From the NCBI RefSeq assembly GCF_001194135.2, contig NC_068995.1:15720948-15784947 (forward strand): DNA of 64,000 nucleotides, read 5' to 3'. This stretch comes from Octopus bimaculoides (lineage: Eukaryota). Both the position numbers and the translations under genes were made by a program. Position 1 is the first letter of the stretch. Every line of letters starts with the position of its first letter. Below the pieces are notes generated by a model that was not told where the DNA came from, did not search any database, and saw only the letters and a program-made list of their open reading frames with translations. This document shows positions 24,321-36,200 of this stretch, one piece after another.

Positions 24321-24793
24321 ACGACTATTATTATTATTGTTTGTTAGGCAAAGATTTAAAAAGCATAATTTGTAGAAGGCCAGACAACATGCCTATCGTT
24401 GTTAGAAATCATTATTCAATTATTTATATATGTTACGATAAATATTTATCAAAAGTGGTAACAATAAAATATCTTATTCAAAATCTATCATTTGTAAATT
24501 AACAAAATATGTTGTTTCGAATAAACATTTACTGCAGTAAAACTACAATATTTAATTTCATTGTTATTGTTTTTTGCTACACTAAATATCCGGAAATAAA
24601 TGGCTGATTCATTTCTAGCACAGCATTAACATATAGCTTCGTTTGCCACTGATTCGTTCATCACTGCTCCGGAATAGCAAAGTCACGCTTACTACGGATT
24701 GGTTTGTGATATAACTTTCCAGAAAAATGTATGCCCCATCGGTGGTTGAACAATAAAAACCAACTTTATTTTTAATATTTTATCACAATGTAG

Positions 24794-25010
24794 GGCGGCG
24801 AGCTGGCAGAAATTTTAGCACGTCTGGCAAAATACTTAGCGGCATTTCGTCCGTCGCTAAGTTCTGAGTTCAAATTCCGCCGAGGTCGACTTTGCCTTTC
24901 ATCCTCTCAGGGTCGATAAAATAAGTACCAATTGATCACCAAGGTTGATGTAACCGACTCAACCCCTTCCCCAAAATTTCCGGCCTTGTGTCAAAATTTG
25001 AAACCAATAT
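24794..25010 (+). mobile_element. SINE family A, near full length
   Basis: ggcggcgagctggcagaaattttagcacg...gagttcaaattccgccgaggtcgactttgcctttcatcc...ggccttgtgtcaaaatttgaaacc. Confidence 0.85.
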
Positions 25011-25149
25011 ATTATCACAATTATTTAATACAAAAGAATCTACCGGTAACTCTTTTATTAAGCACAGAGCACAAAAACAGTACATTATAGACTAAGGAAA
25101 AAAAAGAGAACTGTGTCTGGTAACTCCGTCAGCAAGCCTCACCACAGTT

Positions 25150-25385
25150 TTCCCCGGCCCCACTATTGGGGCGTACGCTGCACGTTGTGAATCACTTCTC
25201 TACAAGAAAAGGTAAGAAAATACGTGGCTGTCAAATCTTTGCTACAGTGAGGCGCAAGTTTGGTGTAAGTGAATCTAGCATTCGTTCTATTTACGAAGTT
25301 CGTGGACAGAATTCACTTATTTATTCATTTAACACTAATTATTCTTTGGGAAACAAACCCCCGTGATAAACGAGGATAGGTGTTT
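25150..25385 (+). mobile_element. Tigger-derived non-autonomous remnant with N-terminal HTH fragment
   Basis: TSLQEKV (from 25194), then after a frameshift ATVRRKFGVSESSIRSIY, resembling the Tigger/CENP-B N-terminal HTH. The end ccccgtgataaacgagg resembles Tigger-type TIRs. Confidence 0.55.
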
Positions 25386-25639
25386 TAGTGTAGGATATAT
25401 GCGAGGAACGAAGGTGACACAGACAAAACAACATCACATCACACCATACTCAATCACACACTGGGTGTGTGATGGTGTATTATTCTCGTAGCTGGTTGCT
25501 AGGGAAGCGTTCACGTGACATCTAAACTGCCGTGGACGATTGTGTAGAATCATTGTGATTTAGCAGTGTTATAGTACTGTGTGAGGATCGTGTAGAATGT
25601 TACTGTATGAAATATGTTAATGAATTGAAATACCGCGCG

Positions 25640-25730
25640 GAAAATTGGGTAAGTGCCATCTACGATAGCCCCTGACCTACCAATGTCTGGTGAGCGAATT
25701 TGGTAGACGGAAATTGTGTAGAAGTCAATC

Positions 25731-25762
<32 letters not shown>

Positions 25763-25975
25763 ATGTGTGTGTGTTGGGTTCACCCCCTATCGCTTGACGA
25801 TCGGTGTTGGTTTGTTTATCTCCTCATAACTTAGCGGTTCAGTAAAAAAAAAATACGGACAAAATAATTCCCGAAGATAAAAAGTAGATTAAGTATTAGG
25901 CTCGATTTCTTCGTCTGAAACCCTTCAAAACCATTGCCATTGTCTGATGACTGAAGCAAGTAAAATACAAGATAT
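25640..25975 (+). mobile_element. SINE family B
   Basis: ttggtagacggaaattg...cgcttgacgatcggtgttggtttgttta...taacttagcggttc...gatgactgaagcaagtaaaa. Confidence 0.7.
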
Positions 25976-26699
25976 ATCTTGTTCCTACTTTTCTTTAGAG
26001 TATGTGTAACCTTTTGAGATATGAAATGAGGTTTGTATTTATGTTATGTACTTTATTCTGTCAAAGCCAAAGCGCAAATTATTATTGGCACCGTTTCATG
26101 TATCATACTAAAAAATCTTGTGCATTTCAATTTTGAAGTCGTATATAAATAGTATTTGAAATTCCTTTCGGGTGATGTTTTGGTCGGAAGAGATAGAAAT
26201 ATCAATCATAGTACATAAATTTTTCTTTCTTTTTCAACCGACATTAAAATCGCTTATGTCTCTGATGTACACTATGATTTTACTCTCATCCAAAAAAAGA
26301 CGTTTGAGAACAATTTATCCAACTTTAGCCCTATTCGATGCATGTTTTTATAATTTCTTTTCAGTTTTGATATGAAAAGATCAGTATTATTGCCATATAG
26401 ATATTGCTACTTACATGTATGTCGATATATTGTATGTGAAAATGTATGAAATGAGACCACAGTAACAATGATATCAATCCTCTATTTTCGTTATTGCATT
26501 TTATTAGCTATAACAGCAAAGCATAAAATCAAACTTTCTCTCTATGCCTTCAGTCCAGAGTTTATTTTAAAGTCTGTTGTCTTTCTTATTAGCTGAATTC
26601 AGCACTGTACAATCACGGAGGATACTATTCACGAAGTTTTTTTTCTCTCCGTTTTAATTTCCTCGGGCATTTTTTGAAATTACCCTTCAATCTTATCTC

Positions 26700-27850
26700 T
26701 TCTTTTGCATACTTTCCTCTGCTTTATCGTTAGTATCTTCACATTGGTGTTTAATTTAGCTTTCAATTTATCTTCTGTCCCCTTATACCGTTTGGTTATT
26801 TTGTTCCCAGTGTGTATTTGCTTACTTCTACATATTTTCGAGACAACGTATACTGGCTATGTAATATTCTCTAATTGTATTAGCTCCTTTCCTTTCTGCA
26901 GATGTGATATTTATATCCTATTTGGGATATAACGGTTTGAGCTTTAGGATATCCTGTTAGGAATGCAGAGCGTAGATTTCTAGTTTTCATATATTCTTCA
27001 ATTCCCTTAACATACAATTTATTATAGCGAAACTGTAGATTATTATTGGAATGGGTACTATATTTAAATATAAAATCTTATTTCTGACATTGAGTGAGGT
27101 TTTAAATATTCGTTTCACTTTTGTATATTAATATTTTCTAATTTTCTCCTTGGTTTCTGCCTCTTATACCTTATCAGTTTCATCTATTCATAAGTACATG
27201 TATGGGTGCTTTTGTTCACATTCTCTTATTTCACTACTTAACGCTAACTTAATATTTTGGGCTTCGGTTTAGGGTAGTTTTGGCACGCTTGTCTAAATCC
27301 ATTTTCATTTAATAATACAGTTGAATTCGTAAAGTTTCAGTTGGTTCAGCGTCTAGGTGTTGTCTCTTGTGAATAGTTTGAAATCCACCACATGCAGGAC
27401 ATATTTTATAGTTTGGTCACAATATGTATAATCACTGGTGGCTAGATTCAGATTTGTTAATAGAGTTAGATGTACACTCAAGAGAAGTGAGAAAAATATC
27501 TCCTTGAAAATTCTGTCCTCTGAAACTAAGGACGGCATTTGATACTTTATTATACTATATTGTTATTGAGGTTTACAGAGTTTCCCATGGCGTAATTGAT
27601 ACACGGCCCAAGATTTAGAATTGTATTTTTATGTACATTGTTTCTAATAAGCAGGAGTATGGCAAATTGCTGAATGGTTTTCTAGGTTGAATCAAATCTT
27701 GTCATGACGACATTTTCATTTAGTTTTTCTAATACTTTCAATAACTGCTCCAATTACCCATAGTACTTCTTTGCATGAATAAAACACTTCCGATACTCTT
27801 TCTGCTCCACTAACAAGTTATTATTATCTTCCAGAGGAACAACCAACATA
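26700..27850 (-). pseudogene. Decayed non-LTR retrotransposon reverse transcriptase (R4/Dong-like)
   Basis: Minus-strand fragments PLEDNNNLLVEQKEYRK, LEQLLK, TFSNLPYS, FQGD, IKYVLHVVDFKLFTR (YMDD region), MDLDKRAK and IRECEQKHPYMYL occur in the order expected for RT subdomains. Clade assignment is by recalled motifs. Confidence 0.7.
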
Positions 27851-27876
27851 TTCCATGCCATTGATATCACTAAATG

Positions 27877-28090
27877 TCTCGGGAAATGACGGCAAGACGG
27901 ATACGAGCCGAACTAACTGACGAGAAATCTAGGGATAGACCTAGGATAGGTTGGTTGGATGATATCTATAGTTTCAAATGGTCAGACTTGGGAATCCAGC
28001 AAGTGTAATGACGGTTGTTTCGGATAATACCCAATGGAGGAAATGCCTAAGTTTTCTACCTCAACGTCCCTCCCAGGAATAGAAAGTAGC
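27877..28090 (+). pseudogene. RTE-clade LINE 3' end fragment
   Basis: RPRIGWLDDI...LGIQQ...WRKCL. Shares cttgggaatccagcaag with the 23.1-23.6 kb copy. Confidence 0.65.
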
Positions 28091-28555
28091 GAAAAGGGAG
28101 AGATCGATATCAGAGATTCATTAGTTGTAGGTAAACAAGCATTTCATGAATCACTAGTTTATTTTGTGATTGGGAATTAATGTTCGTTGATATAGTTAAC
28201 CAGTAACATTAATTTTCGTCTTGTTCGTAATTAATTAAATGCAGTTGCTACGGATTATAATATATTGATAAAAATGTTCATCTGAAATTAAAGACATTAT
28301 CAATCTTCGCAGATTTACTGTTGCTAGCGGCCATCATCACATTAGAGATTCACCCTCAAGGGGTTCTGAATTAGTCTTCTGTGTATTTACTTAGCTCTCC
28401 ATTCTTAGTAACTATGTATACTTATTTTGCATGTTTCTCTTACAAATTTATCCTCCATTATCATTAAATTACTTGTATTTAATTACCTTTTTGCATTGCT
28501 ACGTATATATCTTTTTTCATTCTGCATTTTAAATTTTCACTTAATTTCCCTATTT

Positions 28556-28556
<1 letters not shown>

Positions 28557-28627
<71 letters not shown>
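28557..28627. repeat. (CA)n microsatellite
   Basis: Direct reading. Confidence 0.95.
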
Positions 28628-28629
<2 letters not shown>

Positions 28630-29004
28630 TATTTACATACATATATATCTACATACATGTGTGCGTGTGTGTATGCATATATAAGTATTAACCTCCCAAG
28701 ATGACAACTTTCCCATGCTTCTTCTAAGACTTCACCCCTTCCTAATATAGAATGGCCTGAGGGCCGCGTTATTTCAGTTAAGTCTGTAGTATATATGTAT
28801 GAATGGTGCTGCCTACAGCGGCATTTGACACGAAAGATCCCTGTGTATTCTCATGAATCTTACCTATTCTCCGCTACCGTTTAAGCCTCTATGAAGTTGT
28901 GATCTTTCATCTTGTAATATTTTAGCCGATTAGGAATTGATCTTCCTTCTTGTTCTTAGATCTGTCCATATTACTGCTTAAGGTTTTTTAACGTCTTATT
29001 CTAT

Positions 29005-29310
29005 CGATAGCTTTTGCCGAACCACTAAGTTGCTAGGGCGTAAACACACCGACACCTGTTGTCAAGCGGTGATGGTGGGACAAACACAGACACAAAGACG
29101 CGCGCGTACAAACACCCCCCCCCCCNNNNNNNNNNACAAACCCCCCCCCCCCCGCACGCACACACACAAACACACACGACGAGCTTTCAGTTTCTGTGTA
29201 CCAAATTCACCCACAAAGCTTTAATCCGGCCGATGCTATAGAAGACACTTGTCCATGGTGACACGCAGTGGGACTGAACTCGGCGCCGTGTGATTGGGAA
29301 GCAAGCTTCT
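29005..29310 (-). mobile_element. SINE family B
   Basis: ttgccgaaccactaagtt...gttgtcaagcggtgatgg...gaagacacttgtcc...cagtgggactgaac is the reverse complement of family B. Confidence 0.75.
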
Positions 29311-29584
29311 TACTATATATATTCAAACAGACGCACACACTCATATTGTTTGTTTATATACACATTGTTCACACAAGCACGTACATACGTGTGTAATGCA
29401 ATATCACAGGTATGGTTATAAGCACCTTATCTTTACATAAATACCTTCGAAGACATTAAAAGTGCTCAGACGTATCTGTTTTAATGACTTCTGCCGGTGT
29501 TGAGCAATGAAAGCTAACGCGTATTATCTCGATTGGATAAAAACAAAGCTATTAGTAACAGTTAAAATATATTGGGAAGACGCA

Positions 29585-29905
29585 GGTGTAGCTGTGTGGC
29601 ACGAAAATGCTTCCCAGCTATATGGTTCTGAGTTCAGTCCCACAGCGTTGTATCTTGGGCAAGTATCTTCCACTGTAGCTCCAATGACCTGGAAGTGAAT
29701 TTGGGAGTCAGCGACTGAAAGGCGTCTGTTGTACATACATACATACATACATACGTACATAAGTGTGTGTTTGTGCTAGTTCCCCCTCCTACGCTTGACA
29801 TCCGGCGTTGGTTTCTTTACATACCCTTAAATTAGCAGGTCAGCAAAAACAGAATAAATACCAGGTATTAAGAAATAACTACTGCGATTGATTTATTTGA
29901 CTAAG
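29585..29905 (+). mobile_element. SINE family B (3' end interrupted or abutted by a family C copy)
   Basis: gagttcagtcccacagcg...ttgggcaagtatcttc...cgcttgacatccggcgttgg...atttgactaa. Confidence 0.7.
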
Positions 29906-29908
29906 CCT

Positions 29909-30298
29909 TGGCCCAGTGGTTAAGGCAGCGGACTCCCGGTCATAGGATCGCGGTTTCGATTCCCAGACCTGGCGTTGTGAGTGTTTATTGAGCGAAAACA
30001 CCTAAAGCTCCACGAGGCTTGGGCAGGGGATGGTGGCGAACCCTGCTGTACTCTTCCACCACAACTTTCTCTCACTTTTTTTTCCTGTTTCTGTTGTACC
30101 TGTATTTCAAAGGGTCAGCCTTGTCACACTGTGTCACGCTGAATATCCATGAGAACTACGTTAAGGGTACATGTGTCTGTGGAGTGCTCAGCCACTTGCA
30201 CATTAATTTCACGAGCAGGCTGTTCCGTTGATCGGATCAACTGGAACCCTCGACGTCGTAAGCGACGGAGTGCCAACAACAACAACAACAACAACAAC
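29909..30298 (+). mobile_element. tRNA-derived SINE family C, near full length, (AAC)n tail
   Basis: A-box TGGCCCAGTGG, B-box GGTTTCGATTCC, a conserved body and an (AAC)8 tail. Four further copies or parts are in the window. Confidence 0.9.
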
Positions 30299-32883
30299 GT
30301 GGCCGCAGGGCATTGACCGAAACTAGTAAAAGATAAAAGAGAATGATTCTCGTGTACAATACATTCCTTTTCGTAAGTTTGATAAATAGATTCCTGTTGT
30401 TTTAACAAGGTTTTGAATAAAGCTCGTACTGAAAATTTTACTAGAAACTCTTTAGTCAACATTGGGGGAAGCGTCAGCAAGTACTAACAGCAAAAGTATG
30501 TCATAAGTTGCTATACTTTGCAAGGAAATAATGATCATACAGTCTGGATCTATTATAGCAGGGCGACACTTTTTAGTAAGCATTCATTTTCATCATTATC
30601 ATTCTTATTTTCATTCTTTAAATTCCAGAGCTATATACAGAACACAAAAGATGCATACGTTCCGAGTATAACAAATGAAACGCAATGTACATGTCTAAAC
30701 ATATCTTAAAAGAAAAGAATTTGACCACAAATATAAAATGGGGAATAACAGAGTGCACATCGGCAAGAATAAATGAATCTGGAATCAGTTCCGTTCATCA
30801 ATGAAAACGCCACAAACACAAAACAGAAAAGAATGAAACACACTATAACTAAACCAGAGGAAAGATTATATCGCGATTATATCACGTTGCAGACACCGAA
30901 ACAGTTCATCTTCAAAAGATGGTCGAACTTCTAAAGATGTAAAATAATGAAAGACACACACGCGCGGCGCTTACTAACAGAATAAAATAATATTGAAACA
31001 GAAACGGCCAAACCAAATGAAACCCACATTACAAACAAAACGACAGATTAGAAACAAGTCTTGACCAAACACATATACTCATTTACTGAGGCAGAACAAT
31101 AGACACGCTAACTTTATCCTTAAAAATGAACACATGCACGGAGATGCTCTAATGAAATAAACGAATTAAGGATTTTCTTAATTTAACAGCCAAATTATTA
31201 ACACCATATGTCTTCCATTAAGGCGAGACTAATACCTCAGATTTAAGATAACAAAATCTCAGAAAAATAGCAAAGGATAAGCCCCTGGGCGTTGTTAGAC
31301 TGTACAAAACTGCAAATATTACACTACAATGTGGATATTATCCTTGCGTAGTTTAGCATTGTTGTAAAATCAACTATTTCCAGTGTTTTAGGCATTTTTC
31401 TCAAAATGACATTTCTGACTATGAGAAGCAATCTTTAGGTCACGATATCCCCGGGAATAATTGATGTAGTTGGCTGAAAGTTTGCATGTATATTTATTAC
31501 TTTGATACTTGCCTAGCTGCTGTTTTAGTGTAGTTAGATACATTTCATTTGTCCATATCCCAGAGACACGTGAATGCTACTGCCTAGGGGTCAAAACGCT
31601 TGAACTGTTGAATATGGCTATGAGCGACGATAATGTATTTAATTCAACATCTAGACTGTACCCCAATCCGTTGGCATTGCAATTTAGAGAATATTACCTT
31701 CGGTAGTTTGGTAGAAAAATTGATTGAAACTAAGGGTATGTTTTCCTTGTCGGTCATATTAAATTTATAATTAGGTCATGAATAATGTGGAAATGTGAAT
31801 ATTGTTATTAGTATTTTTTTGATAGAACTAACATTGTTCATGATGCATGCCATATTTGGTTTGCCTGGGTTCTATCCCCGCTAAGTGAGATCATCTTCAA
31901 GTTAGGAGTGTTTTCCTACGTCTGAGGTGTTAGTATTGCCTTAAAGAAGCTTTTAAATGCTTCGTTCTTGACCAAAAGAAAATTCAAATCACATTCGTAT
32001 TGTAAAAGCCACTCAATCATGTAATGCCGCTGATAATATGTTCAAATTCTTAGCTCTATCATAAACACATATGCCATTAACTAGCTTGACAGAGAAATTC
32101 AAAACGAAGAAATGATATCCGATTGTTTTAACCTTTATGGCAGAAAAAAAATTAGAGAATCAAAATTACACTTTGAATAGTAACTTCAGTCATCTTTGGT
32201 GTTACAATTTATGCATCTAAGCCACTAGTGATGGTGTTATTTCACATTGTTCATTTTTGCTCTTATTGTATAAATTTTCCTAAATACACTTTGTATACAC
32301 TATGTCCTATGTTTGTGGTGTCAAAATTGGACAAATTCTTTGGTGAACATATCACGACAGAAACGTATATCCCTAGTTGTGCTTTGGCTCTAGAAAATCT
32401 GTTCCGCTTAAAGGAATGTCAATTGCAGAGGATCATTCAGTAGAGATTATCTCATTCTGTCCTTCAGAATTGGTTACCTGTGTCAACAGATGATTGTTTT
32501 ACCTTCTCTGGATGTGGTGAAATTAACAATAAATCAATATTTTATGTCAATATAACTTTACATAAGTTCTTCAAATTCATGCCATTGACCACTCTAAGGT
32601 ATTTGTCTCAGCCCATTTTTATTTTAGTTATATATATACATGTATATATTTATACACACACAGATACACAGACACATATAAACGGAAAGAGAGTGATTTA
32701 CACACGCGTTTATTTACATATATACTTATATGTGCATATAAGCATACATATATACGTAAGTGCACGAACACACATTCATATATGTGTGTATATGTACATA
32801 TGTATTTATATATAAATATATATATGCATATGTATACACATGTATACCTACCTACCTACCTACCTACCTACATATCATAAGAC

Positions 32884-33022
32884 TTAATTTCGTTACGAAG
32901 TATATGTTTGTTGGTCACAGACACATTGCAAAACTTTATGCAAGAAAAGACACCAACCAAAAAAAAACATACAATAGAAAATACTACAAAGATATCAACA
33001 AAAGCAATAAAATTGTGATAAA
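32884..33022. repeat. Diverged direct repeat, copy 1 of 33730-33860
   Basis: ttaatttcgttacgaagtatatgtttgttggtcacagacacattgcaaaactttatgcaagaaaaga...ttgtgataa is colinear with 33730-33860. Confidence 0.8.
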
Positions 33023-33729
33023 CAATTATAGTTTTGAACCAAAAATTAATTTCTTGAAAGCATTTACTCATTTTTGATATTTATTTTACATTTTGGTTGC
33101 TATATTTGTGTTGTTCATAAATTTTAAAATATAGTATTTCAAATAAATAAATTTTAATTTTAGCTTATTGTTTATGTAACCATCAAAATTCTGTACATGT
33201 CATTTAATGTACATTTCTTTGATGTATTCAGTAAAATTAAGGAAATTGAATATAGAAAACAAAAGCAGAAAAGTAAGGATCTTGTTTTTAATGTCTTCCT
33301 TTTTTTTTTGCTCTCTCTTCGATACGACATTTCAATATTTGTTATTTCCTAGATCATAACATCAACAGATAAAATTTGTATTTCTTAATGTGTGTTCAGT
33401 ACCTTGTTTAAGAACCATGTAACAAGCTGGTCGCATTCGAGTTTCGAAACAGGCTAGGATGTGTCCTGGCAATAAATTGGCCTGGTGATGAATTTGTCTA
33501 GCTACGAATTGACCAAACCCTAGTCCATCGTAGCATATAAGCGTCAGTTTATCTTCTCCAGGTTGTAGTCCTGGTCAAGAATGTTTGAAATGCAAGCATT
33601 TATCAATGCGACATGTCTCCCCTTTCCACACGAGCGATGTTGAAAGGAACAGCAGGTTCCATTGCAGCATGTCAGCAGTGTCATCGAACACGTTTTCCGG
33701 TCGCAGTAAGAGACAACTATGGCGTGCTT

Positions 33730-33860
33730 TTAATTTGGTTACGAAGTATGTTTGTTAGTCACAAACACCTTGCAAAACTTTATCCAAGAAAAGAAACGAC
33801 CAAAGAAACACAGGTAAATAATAGAAAGAATTGAACAAAAGCAACAGAATTGTGATAATC
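33730..33860. repeat. Diverged direct repeat, copy 2 of 32884-33022
   Basis: ttaatttggttacgaagtatgtttgttagtcacaaacaccttgcaaaactttatccaagaaaaga...ttgtgataa. Confidence 0.8.
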
Positions 33861-35521
33861 AAGATTCTGTTATCTTGATAGCAGATTATCCCGTAATCTT
33901 TCCTCCGGAGGTCTGAAATCGGATTTTCCAATTTTTAACTGGGTTTACATCACAACTCACGCTTATGATTTCCATTCGCCAGAAGAGGACACATACACCA
34001 CCACCCCACACTATAACCATCATTCACAAGCGAACATGACCTTACAAAACGTACCATGTTTTCGCAAATTGTTTCAGGTGATTATGTAATCGTGACTAGA
34101 CATGAGCAAATTTTCATTGCCTGAATCCTTGACCCAGTTGAGCATCCAGAAGAAGTGAGTGAACCAGCAATCAGTTGGTACTTATTACAACCTAGCAGAC
34201 TAAAGAAACACGAAATGATCAAAAGTCGAATACACGAGCCCCTAGATCACACACCTGCACACAAATATACCTATATAGAGAGAATGTCATCTTTTACCAC
34301 TATTTGATAACGGTTTATGAAAAGAACTTCGAAGGTACATTGGATGAGCCCAGATAGATATGAACTGCCGTGAATCTCATTCCCTAAAAGTAATCGAACC
34401 ATGAAGTAGCCTGCCAGAACATCTTGGGTCATTTCTATGTCTGTATGCCTCAATCGTTTCCAAGAAAATCATCGTGCTATCAAGAATAGTGAAACATCTG
34501 AGCAAGCAATAGAGGGATATGAAATAAAAACATATGTGGCTATATGGAACAGCTTGTAATCAACAAATTCATATCAGAAGAAGCAAAAAAGGACCGCTGG
34601 AATACTTGGTTGTAGCATGACTGGACTGCCAAACTGAAGTGCAAGAAACTCTTTGATGGTATAGCATATGGCTGGATTATCGAAACGTTACAATTAGAGA
34701 AACTTCTGCACTCATTGATAGCTATAATTCAATATTTATTTAACGAAGACTTGGTACACCGCTACTACTCCCAGGTAATAACAATCCAAAGGAAAAAAAA
34801 ATCGAATCTGTAACATATCAAAAAAATGTTCTGAAAAGTTATAGCTTGTCAGTGTTACTCACTGTGTTCTTGTCAAAACTATTATATCTTATCGAAAAGT
34901 ACAGTGGTTTAGAAATAGACAGCTTGAATCAAGAAACATCTCCCAAGTTTCCTTTGTGGACAACCTGAAGCTATACAGTGCCAGGTGGAATGATATCAAA
35001 AGGCTTATTAATCTCATTACTCAATGTTCAACGAACAAGGGAAGGGATAAAACTTGGTGCCATTTGGTGTGGTAAGACGAGGAAAACTGGCGCTTTACTC
35101 TACAAAACTAAATATGAATGTTCCGGCAATATAGCTCTTACATTCGGGTGAGAATTACAAGATAGTTGAGAGGTAGACAATGTCACTTATGGCAGATCTA
35201 TTAATAAGAAGAAATAAAAAGAAACGAATACTTAAAAAGATGTTTTATTTTTGAACAGAACTCTCAGACTACAAGAAGCGTAACTCTGACAATACCTCTG
35301 TATTGCTTATTCTGATAGTTACATTAGGCCTTCTGAGTTGGTCACTACAAAATGACAGCACGATGGGCGTAAAAATTCGCAAACTGCTCAATAATACTGG
35401 AGCTTTCATCATCAGCGGAAATGTATAGAGATTATATTTTTTCACACAAAGAGGTTGGCCGAGGTATTGAATCTATACAAGTATGAAATAAAATTCGGAA
35501 TTTAAATTATTTACATTATTT

Positions 35522-35737
35522 GCAATTGACGGATATTTCTCCTCATCTTGTTTGTTGTTAACACAACGTTTCGGCTGATATATTCTCCAGCCTTCAAGTG
35601 TCTTGGGGAAATTTCGAACCTGGGTTCTCATTCCTAAGGTATTTTTCGTTGTTGTTGTTGTTGTTATTCAGGTCACTGCCTGGAATCGAACTCGGAATCT
35701 TGGGGTTAGTAGCCCGCGCTCTTAACCACTACGCCAT
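35522..35737 (-). mobile_element. tRNA-derived SINE 'family F' with a Penelope/hammerhead-like 3' tail
   Basis: Minus strand: A-box TGGCGTAGTGG, B-box GAGTTCGATTCC, an (AAC)n linker, then gacacttgaaggctggagaatatatcagccgaaacgttgtgtt. Confidence 0.8.
35560..35602 (-). ncRNA. Hammerhead relic in the SINE tail (core deletion)
   Basis: GACAC-UUGA-a-GGCUG-gagaauauau-CAGCC-GAAAC-GUU-GUGUU. Stems I, II and III and GAAAC are intact, but CUGAUGA is reduced to UUGA. Confidence 0.55.
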
Positions 35738-35956
35738 GAAGCACAAACGGCAGTATATCTCACTAAAAGTCTATGGAGTATCGACAAATTTATAACATCT
35801 CATTTTAAATGTTACCTCGATGTAACTCAGGAGTCAAAATTTCCCTCCAAGTACATTTTACATAAAAAACCATTAGACGAGGACAAATGGAGGATATGCA
35901 ACACAAAATAGAAGACATTAGTTATATCAGTGCAACTGCAAGAGTATAGGCTAGAT

Positions 35957-36200
35957 CAGTTGTTCTCAACCGGAATCCATATAACCATTAGTGGGGTCCA
36001 TACAAGATAGTTTCGCACAAATTTGTGTCCAATAAACTGGTTACACTTTTACAATACACACAGAATTTTTTAACAATTCTTACAAATACTTAATATTTAA
36101 TTACAAAAGTGTAATAGGGTGTAATTGAATGGTTATGAGGGTCCATCCGAGTTAAATAGAAATCAAAGGGGTCCATAAGAAAAAGGGTTTAGAATCACTG
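35957..36200. mobile_element. hAT (Charlie-like) MITE, 244 bp
   Basis: TIRs cagttgttctcaacc / ggtttagaatcactg. Flanks ggctagat and ctctagct share the central CTAG typical of Charlie 8-bp TSDs. Confidence 0.7.

Noticed and set aside
29909-29985. tRNA-like sequences (also at 10184, 35670-35737, 59160-59230, 62324)
   Set aside because: They have A and B boxes but no complete cloverleaf or acceptor stem, and they continue into SINE bodies. They are SINE heads, not tRNA genes.
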